NCBI GenBank assembly: GCA_964016885.1
Contig: OZ024740.1
Span: forward strand, 24,738,001 to 24,802,000
Length of the DNA stretch: 64,000 nucleotides
Reading direction: 5' to 3'
Source of the DNA: Eledone cirrhosa
Lineage: Eukaryota
Shown here piece after piece: positions 55,688 to 64,000 of the stretch. Under the pieces are notes generated by a model that searched no databases, had not been told where the DNA came from, and saw nothing but the letters and a program-made list of their open reading frames with translations. The stretch's first letter is position 1, and every line of letters starts with the position of its first letter. The position numbers were made by a program, and so were the translations under genes.

Positions 55688-56224
55688 AAAGTCAGACAAT
55701 GAACTTGACAGTCCACCAATGTACTTATATACATGTACCGAATTCCTTGTACATTCATGTAATCAATCAGTGTGTCACAGCATTTCAATCCGTTTGGTTT
55801 CAGAACCTATCGTTGATTGTATTCTCATCTATATCCAGTCTTACTTAATGTCGACACACTTGGTAATGTCATGTAGAGAAGGAATAACGAACATTAATCC
55901 TGTACGAGTATTCCTCTTCTAATACTGATGTATTCTCTCTTCTCACCTCATATGCGGTATTGTTTTTCATTTATTCATAACTTGATTGATGTAGCTGCTT
56001 GTCATTAGAGCTACATGGCATATGGATAATGTTTCCAAAATCCACAGGTGGGAAACACTGGCAAAAGCCATCTGTTAATTAATCCATGTTATACCCATTC
56101 TAGGATACTTAGCGATCCATTTGCAATATTCGGTTATGGCTGTATTGATTAATAATTAATCTTTAACATTCATATCTCTGTTGGCACCATTCGTTGTGCT
56201 GCTCTGAGAAAAATATTTTCAGAC

Positions 56225-56360
56225 GAGGAAATGGCAGAGCCGTCAAAGGTGGGACAAAATACCTTGCCGTGTTGTGTTACCCTCTTTGCTCAGAGTTCAA
56301 ATATCACCGTGATTAAATTTGTCAATCTTTATTTTGGGTGCAATAAAATAATGTACTTCT
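56225..56360 (+). mobile_element. Highly diverged SINE family A relative
   Basis: TGGCAGAGCCG...GAGTTCAAATATCACCG...GGGTGCAATAAAATAATGTAC. Confidence 0.5.
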
Positions 56361-56537
56361 CTTGCGCAGTGAATTGATGGAGGGTTTAGATGGTCAGATG
56401 AGATGCCTTGCAATATGTTGTTGTTGTTGTTGTTACAGCTCACGCCTATGCAGATTTAGCTGGCTTCCTCCAAGGTATATCTCGTTGGAGGGGTCTTGGG
56501 TGATTTAATGATAGGGACCCCAGTCCTATCATCTCAT

Positions 56538-56652
56538 TTCTACAGCTGAGTAAACTGGAGCAACGTGAAATAAATTCATCACCCGGTCCGAGAATTGAAC
56601 TTACAACCTTTCGATTACAAGCCCAATGCTCTAACCACTAAGCCATGCGCCT
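56538..56652 (-). mobile_element. SINE family B, internally deleted copy
   Basis: GGAGCAACGTGAAATAAA (reverse complement of the family B core) joined to GAGAATTGAAC...CTAACCACTAAGCCA (B and A boxes). Confidence 0.7.
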
Positions 56653-57754
56653 GCAATATACAACAGTTTCATTGCATTTTCAGTTCTTTGGATGTCAAAA
56701 TTATCGGTCACCCAATTTAACTAAAACACCTGGTACTTCAGTGCATTTGCCAGCCTTGAAGCCAGGTCTGCGGTATAAGAAACAACTCCGTCCTTCCTCT
56801 CCATGATACCAAGCTCCTGGAAATATAAAGAATCATGAGCACTGCTCTTTCCAGTTTAAATAAGAGGTAAATAAAGATGAGATGTCATTGGCGTCAACAT
56901 TTTAGTATTTAATTCTATGTACACAGCAGTAATTGCAGATGGATGATCTATTGGTTTTTATTTGATATTTGAGCTTCGGAATGATATTTCTCTCGCTGGG
57001 CGATTCAGATATTATATTCAACTCTATTTTTAATATAATTAAATCTGTTTCATAGCCTTTTATATATCCCTCAGATATATTTCCAGCAGAAATCCGGAAA
57101 TTTATGACTTTATGACGCTTCCTAGTTGTTCAATATTTCTAGAACATCGAAGCTATATCCTTCCAAGATTGTTCATGTTAAAGATATTTCAAGCATTTTT
57201 GTTCATTACGATCTTCTTGCATTCTATATCCTCCAAACCTTTTGACCACAGATCTGCTGTTACCCCTCTCTGTCTGTTACTACATTGTTTGCTTCACGGA
57301 GCTAACTGGTACTGTGGGACACCCATTCAGGCACTCTCGACCTAATCGTCTCCACTACGCTCTTCATCGGGAATTGTGTTTACCGTCCAGCTTCTGGTAC
57401 ACAGACATGCAGTGTGCGTGATCTCCCCCTCCCCCTCTCTCTCTCACTCTCTCTCACTCACACACCCTCTCTCTCTCTCTTTATTTTCTATTGCTAATAA
57501 AATGAACTCTTCTAGGAGCTTGTTGATATTTTATTATTCCGGATTCATGACCCTACATATGTAGTTGACCCCATTGAGGCGAACATTTCTTAGTTTTATA
57601 GTAGTGTCCATATCGTTATTTTTCGTATTTCCTGATACTGGTTCTATGTACACCTTCAAGATTTACTAATGTAGCCTTATAATGATACCTCATACCCCGC
57701 TCTGGATTATTACTAAGATCATCGTTTGTTGCATCCTTCTTAAATTTATTACGA

Positions 57755-58410
57755 AAGAGCATGGCCACGGAATGTCTAGCGTGCCAGCTCAACCAGCACG
57801 GCCTTGTTTGTTTTTGCTCAGCCTTGCAAGCACACAGCGGTACATGGCTGAATGTCTTACCCTCTTTGTCGACTGACATGCAGCTGGATAACAATAACCT
57901 GTCAATCGGGGTTTCCCCAAGGCTCGGCCTCCGTATTTGCGAGCCACATATATGTCGCAGGGGATCCACTGTAAACTCTTTCAGTCTCCACCAGCTGTCC
58001 TGTCGCATGGCCATCTTGTTTAGCGGTGGTAAACTACTCATCTGGGATGCCACATGGAGGGACACTTTTACCAGCAGCAACCTGGTGCAGTCTGCCACTA
58101 ATCCATGCGCTGCTGCACTTTGAGCCGAGGAGGGTGAAGTCTCCAAATATCGGTCGCTTCACCACAGGTTTACGGTCGAGACTAGCAGTGGAGACTCCCG
58201 GTGTTCTTGGCCTGGAACCACCTCCCTAGTCACCACAATCGACAGGGAGTTGGCTACACGCAGTGGTGAGCCTCGCGATCTGAATTGGCTCATCCAATGC
58301 ATCTCCCTCAAGATGCTCGTGAAAACGCCTTCTCTATCATCTCAGCCCGGGTCACGGGGCGGCCGGACCGTCGGCCCCCATTTAGTTATAATAGTGAGAG
58401 ATGGGGAGAG
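57755..58410 (+). mobile_element. CRE-like non-LTR retrotransposon, degraded 3' ~650 bp (zinc knuckle + restriction-like endonuclease)
   Basis: SGTWLNVLPS..LDNNNLSIGVSPRLGLRICEPHIC..HQLSCR, GKLLIWDATWRDTF, AAAL*AEE..KY, LAVETPGVLG, GEPRDLNWLIQCISL and RENAFSII across frameshifts. Confidence 0.8.
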
Positions 58411-58657
58411 CGAGAGAGACAGAGGCAACGAGTGAAAGAGAGAGAACATCAACGCACACATACTTCCAAGAGAGACGGATACTTCTCTTCAGAGGTAACA
58501 TGTTTAGTTAAATAACCCACGGGAACTTAGCTCACGCCTACCCATTAGATTTTCAGTTTAAATCCCTAAAAAAATTCACTATAATCAATTCATTTTATTT
58601 TGTTATATTAAAGGGACATAACTAACTTTCAGTGAAATGTATGGACTATTAGCTCAG

Positions 58658-58872
58658 AACACCACCAACTATATAATCACGACAATCACCTCCACCACCT
58701 ACATCACCACCACCACCTACATCATCACCACTTCCCACACCACCACCACCACCACCACCACCTCCTACATCACCACCACTACCTACATCACCACCACCAC
58801 CTACATCACCACCACCACCTACATCACCACCACCACCTACATCACCTCCACCACCTACATCACCTCCACATC
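58658..58872. repeat. ACC-rich minisatellite (18-bp unit CCTACATCACCACCACCA)
   Basis: Repeats of TACATCACCACCACCACC. Confidence 0.88.
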
Positions 58873-59050
58873 GCCTTACTACGTCTATTACTCCCATCGA
58901 TCTCGGCTACTACTATTACTCTCAGCTACTACTACTACTACTACTGAAATGATACGAAAAATACAAGGAAAGCCAAAGATAAAATATGAAAAGACGAGTG
59001 AGAGAGAGAGACGTTGAGAGAGATGAAAAAAGAGGGAGGGAGAGAGGTAT

Positions 59051-59053
<3 letters not shown>

Positions 59054-59135
<82 letters not shown>
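59054..59135. repeat. (GA)n microsatellite
   Basis: Pure run. Confidence 0.96.
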
Positions 59136-59554
59136 CATATATATACATATATATATAAAGAGAGAGAGAGAGGGGGGAGGGGGGTGATGAAGAATTAACA
59201 TAGAGGTGTTTGTTAGTGTGTGAATAAAAGACAGGAATTGCTAGAGAAATCTTAAACAGCTTGGTAATAAAATGGCTGAAGAAAACGTAAAAAAAATATA
59301 GAAAATATGTAAACCTGTGATATTTTAGTCAGAGACAACAAAATTCTCGCGAAACAGGATCGGAGGGACGCCATATTGGTTTTATTTATATTTTATTTTA
59401 ACTCCATTCAATAATAATATTCTTTTGTTTATCATTTAGAAATGTCTTTTATCAACATTAGTCTTTCATATGCTGCTGGCAACCCCTACCTAACTATTTT
59501 ATAACCTTAATCGATGCAATGACATAAGGTGTTCTGTATATTGAACTGGGGGAA

Positions 59555-60520
59555 ATGGCGGTGTTACGGAGTCTGGTTGTGACACTGGTGCCGTTTGTTA
59601 TCTCTGCAGCCGTCGTCTTAGTGTTGGTGGTGGTAGTGGTAGTAGTGGTATTGGTGGGGATGTTGGTGGTGGTGGTGTTGGTGGTGGTGATGGTAGTGGT
59701 GTTGGTGGTGGTAATGGTGGTAGTGGTGGTAGTGGTGGTGGTGGTGTTGAGGAGTCTGGTTGTGGCACTGGTGCCTTTTGTTATCTCTGCTGCCGTCCTC
59801 TTAGTGTTGGTGGTGGTGATAGTGGGAAAGATAGTAGTGGTGTCGGTGGTGGTGCTGGTGATGGTGGTGCTGGTAGTGGTGGTGATATTGGTGGGGATGA
59901 TGGTGATATTGTTGTTGGTAGTGGTGGTGATGGTGGGGCTGATGGTGGTGGTGTCGGTGGTGGCGGTGATAGTAGTAGTGGTGGTGGTCATGATGATAGT
60001 GGTGTTGGTGTTAATGGCGGTGGTAGTTGTGGTGGTGGTGATGGTGGGGGTGTTGTTGGTGGTCGTGGTAGTTATCGTTCACGTGATTGTCGAAATGCTG
60101 ATAGCTGCAGTGTTGATGTTGATGGTGATGTTGGTGGTGGTGGCGGTGGTGGTTGCGGTGCTGGTTGGTGCTGGTGGTGGTGTTGGTGGTGGTGCTGATG
60201 GTGTTGGTGTTGTTGGTGGCAGTGTTGGTGGTGGTGGTAGTGGTGGTGGTTTTGGTGATGGTTGTGCTGCTGCTGCTGGTAGTGGTGGTGTTGGTGGTGG
60301 TGGTGTTGGTGGTGCTGGTTGGGTTGGTGGTGTTATCGGTGTTTGTGGTGGTGTGAGTCGTGGTGTTGGTGGTGGTGGTGGTTGGGGTGGTGGCAGTTGT
60401 GTTGTTGGGGGTGGTGTTAGTGGTGGTGTTGGTGGGGGTGGTAGTTGTGGTGTTGGTGGTGGTGGTGGAGATTGGGGTGTTGGGGCGTTGGTGCTAGTTA
60501 TGCTAATGGTAGCGGTAGAG
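59555..60520. repeat. Degenerate (GGT)n array with an embedded 183-bp-period duplication
   Basis: GGT/GTT/GAT triplets; GGAGTCTGGTTGTG.CACTGGTGCC.TTTGTTATCTCTGC at 59568 and 59751. Confidence 0.88.
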
Positions 60521-60699
60521 GTACCCACCCATTACACCCCTGTACTGCTGTTAATTTTCACTTTAGGAAAAAAATGTCTTGAGGGCGAAATTCCAAATTT
60601 CATGTGAATAAATTTCAAAGTTAGCTTGGCAAGTCGCAATAATAGGTTGACATCGACTGCAACAATAACAACAGCAACCACAAATGAGGCAACATTTAA

Positions 60700-60882
60700 A
60701 CAACAACAAGAACAATAATAATAACATCAATAATAATATTAACAACAACAAAAATAAAGACAACAATAACAACAACAACAATAATAATATTAACAACACC
60801 AAAAATAAAGACAACAATAACAACAACAACAATAATAATATTAACAACTACAAAAATAAAGACAACAATAACATCAACAACA
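60700..60882. repeat. AAC/AAT-rich minisatellite, 51-bp period, ~3 copies
   Basis: AATAATAATATTAACAAC..CAAAAATAAAGACAACAATAAC three times. Confidence 0.88.
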
Positions 60883-61493
60883 GCGGTGGCAGTAGCAGCA
60901 GCAGCGAAAGAGTTAGTAGAAGGTGTAGCAGTGACAACAACACCAACGAAAACAATCTAGGCAGCAGTGTTAGACAGAAGGGAAACTGATATGAACAACA
61001 ACCACAATTTCAAAGTTCAACGGAAAAAACAATCGAAAATCAACGTGACTCAAAAATGAACAGAATTCAGAATCAATAATAAATAAATAAATTAAATAGT
61101 TAAATAAATTGTATATATATATATATATATTCTGTTTGCCCCCTCTGCCAGTCACACTCTCTCTCGGCTGGCCTCTTCCTCACACTTCCACTCACCCTCT
61201 CTCACTTCCTCCCGTTTGAACTGTGTGAATCCTTTTCTCGCTCACATCTCACCCATGTCGGATGATCTGTATCTCTCGTCCATGAATTCACCAAGCTTAA
61301 GCTTATAGATATCATGTACTTGTCTCTTCCTGTCTTTCCGTTACTATACCATCGTTGTTTGTTTACATGTCTCGCTCGTCTCACCCTATTTTACTTGTCC
61401 CAATAACAATGAAAGTTGGAAGATCACTGATGAAGGACTAATTTTATTCATATGTAACCCATATGCAACCCACGCAGCACTCCATTTTTCTTA

Positions 61494-61550
<57 letters not shown>

Positions 61551-61707
61551 TATCTATATATATATATTAAAGAGTTCAACAAGATTAAATGAGTACATCA
61601 AAGAATGAGTTTTACAGTAGATTGAAAGCACTCTACTGTAATATATTTTCCAGAGTTATTAATATTAAATTCAAATATTAACAAGATAGATGTTCTTGTG
61701 ATCAATT

Positions 61708-61782
61708 AAATTTTATTATACATATTTCAGAGGTACTTGAATCAAGTTCGACAGTACGTCCTCATCAGATTAAATAAAATGA
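61708..61782 (-). ncRNA. Degenerate minimal hammerhead-like motif (possible Penelope-like remnant)
   Basis: - strand: ATTTTATT..CTGATGA-GGACGTAC...GTACCTCT-GAAA-TATG-TA-TAATAAAAT; the flanks can pair over 8 bp. Confidence 0.3.
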
Positions 61783-62509
61783 TACATGACATACCCTCAC
61801 ATGTTCGATGGTTAAGATTTAATCAAGGTAGTGATTAACTTATGAGAAAACTCGATCTTTATACCCTACACATGAGAACATGCGAAAACGTAATAGAATC
61901 AATAGAGAGGGTCTGAGTAAGAAAAAAATTGCTTTAATTTAACAGTTATAGAGTTTTAAAGTTTGAAATACTACTGTAGGACTATAGAGGAAGATTAAAG
62001 ATATCTGGAGTTATAATTTTTTTTTTTTTTCTTTTTAGTTTCAGAATGCAACTGATAGATAATTAAAGAGAGAGAGATAAAGAGGAGTAATTTATGCACA
62101 AATATTCTTCAGACACATATAACATATATAGCCTTGGCAGTTAAATTTCAAAATATTTCATTTATGTTACTTTAGGGTAACGAATCAAAATTTTAGGTTT
62201 TAAAAGTTGATGGTTATTTGTATTATAAATTTTATAAATTTTTAAAATGTGTTAAATTTCTAAAATTCTAAGTTTAATGAAAACAACTTTAAAGGATTTA
62301 CTAGGCCCGCGAAAGAAAAATATATACTGTTCAATATTCTCGCATAGGTAATCTTTAACAATATTACTTGTAACAGTGTCAACATTTTCCATATGTATAG
62401 TTTATGAAGTATTTACAGCTATAATTATCAAGGAATTTATTGTTAAATAGTTATAGTGTTTAGGTTATGACAATTAAACCAGGGTTTTCAGCTGTATATA
62501 TATATATAT

Positions 62510-62578
62510 ATATGTGCTTTGATCGTAATAAGGGGACTATAAATTATTTTTTTTTAAATTATTTGTTCTCATATTATA
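62510..62578. repeat. Left copy of ~69-bp direct repeat (candidate long TSD)
   Basis: ATATGTGCTTTGATCGTAATAAGGGGACTATAAATT...CTCATATTATA; identical to 63272-63339 except for one G. Confidence 0.93.
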
Positions 62579-63271
62579 GTCACCCTCTTCACCAAGAAAC
62601 CTTGGTGGGGTTGCCAGTTTAGTCGCCAACGACTCGACCATGAGACAGGTTGTACTGGGATACATGTTACCACCAGTTGGTGCTACTAGTAACATGTACC
62701 CCAGTACAACCTGTCTCATGGTCGAGTCGTTGGCGACTAAACTGGCAACCCCACCAAGGTTTCTTGGTGAAGAGGGTGACTTTGGACATCCTGCAGGACT
62801 AAAAACAAAAGCTGCCAAAGGGCAACGGAGCTCTTAAGAGTCAATGGCCATCCAAAATCACCGGGAGAGATGACCCCTTAGCCTTTGTCAAGGCAGAATT
62901 CTAGGAGAAGGAAAACTCTGATATAACATCTGCAACCCTGATGGTATCCAATGATGTTGACTTGTTCTTCTTTTTGGTAAATATCATCTTGGTTAAGAGA
63001 GTGGGACTGGCTTTGTGCAGTGCCTTTGCTCACTATAAAAGCTTCACGGCACAGGCATTGCTTTATATCTGGAGATCTCTCTGCACTTGTCGTCACATGG
63101 TACCATGGGCCCAGCACTATGTGTCAGTAATTGTCACAAGTGTAGTGTTTGTACCAGAGTTTATAAGTTGGTGGCTGGACTGAAAAGTCACACTCATTCA
63201 GCGCATCGGTGGGGGTTCTTCTACATGGATATAAAGTAGTGGCCGTACTCGAAAACGAGTTGGCAGCCACC
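62579..63271 (+). mobile_element. Short non-autonomous RTE-like element with 5' snap-back inverted duplication
   Basis: 62579-62780 is a palindrome. CTAGGAGAAGGAAAACTCTG (62900-62920) resembles RTE 5' UTRs. 63132-63206 reads CHKCSVCTRVYKLVAGLKSHTHSAH (C2H2-like, as at RTE ORF ends). Terminal stem-loop ACTCG-AAAA-CGAGT; flanked by long direct repeats. Confidence 0.62.
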
Positions 63272-63339
63272 ATATGTGCTTTGATCGTAATAAGGGGACT
63301 ATAAATTATTTTTTTTTAAATTATTTTTCTCATATTATA
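63272..63339. repeat. Right copy of the long direct repeat
   Basis: Matches 62510-62578. Confidence 0.93.
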
Positions 63340-63376
63340 TTAAATCACTACATTAGTTCAGCCCTCTAGGGAAGAA

Positions 63377-63590
63377 CCGAACTCTAATTATGATTATGTT
63401 AATATACAATATAAATATATTTTCACAAGCTATATATAGAGTTATACCGAACTAAAATTATGATTGTGTTATTACACATTATAAACATATTTGCACAAAA
63501 ACTATATACAGAGATATACCGAACTACAATTAAGATTATGTTATTATACAATATAAACATATTTGGGCCAACTACGTATAGAGAGATGTA
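63377..63590. repeat. Diverged tandem repeat, ~70-72-bp period, 3 copies
   Basis: ACCGAACT..AATTA.GATT.TGTTA.TA.ACA.TATAAA.ATATTT at ~63376, 63446 and 63518. Confidence 0.85.
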
Positions 63591-64000
63591 TTAAGTATTA
63601 GTGAGACTGTATACATTTAGTAAAGGATAACGATTATAATGTTAGATAATAGATTCATACATGCATAACTATAAAATACATAGATATATATAAAAATGTA
63701 AACGCATGAATGATCCACAGTTCAAAATAAGGTCCGTAAAAGTTTACAGGTTAGAAATCAAAACTATATTTAAAACGTAGATAGAAAAATGGAGGTCTGG
63801 ATCAAAGTTAATAATATCCCAAAAGCCATAGGTTATGTATATCATACTGCCAACATGTTCATAAGCAAGTGTCATTCATTCAAACGTTATTTCATTTATA
63901 ATGATTAGAAGATAAATCAATATTTGATGAAAATGCAGGATACTACAACGAAGCGCTAAAAAGAACAGGTTACGAGAATAATATAGAATATGTAGATAAT

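Noticed and set aside
62537-62837. Mirror-image ORFs on both strands (93 aa and 65 aa)
   Set aside because: A consequence of the DNA palindrome, not protein-coding evidence.

Overview
Eukaryotic, repeat-dominated window with no recognisable intact host protein-coding gene. The density of AT microsatellites and the SINE types suggest a mollusc, probably an octopus-like cephalopod; this is an inference. Bases 1-25198 are one tandem satellite of about 365 copies of a 69-bp monomer. Each monomer has an internal hairpin, and the array shows kb-scale higher-order duplications (marker offsets 4202, 4871, and older ~3.7-4.1 kb). All ORFs in that region are artefacts of the 23-codon period. Bases 25.2-64 kb are microsatellite-rich DNA containing two tRNA-derived SINE families, a decayed 4.3-kb L1/Tx1-clade LINE and four CRE-like retrotransposon 3' fragments. 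They also contain a 1.17-kb long-TIR non-autonomous DNA transposon, several long fold-back palindromes and two degenerate hammerhead-like motifs. Two observations stand out. First, Tx1-type 3' ends occur two or three times in tandem, each abutting GATA sequence, which suggests a (GATA)n-targeting retrotransposon. Second, a ~0.7-kb bipartite RTE-like element has a ~100-bp snap-back hairpin at its 5' end and lies between ~69-bp direct repeats. Family assignments rest on motif recognition, not database searches.
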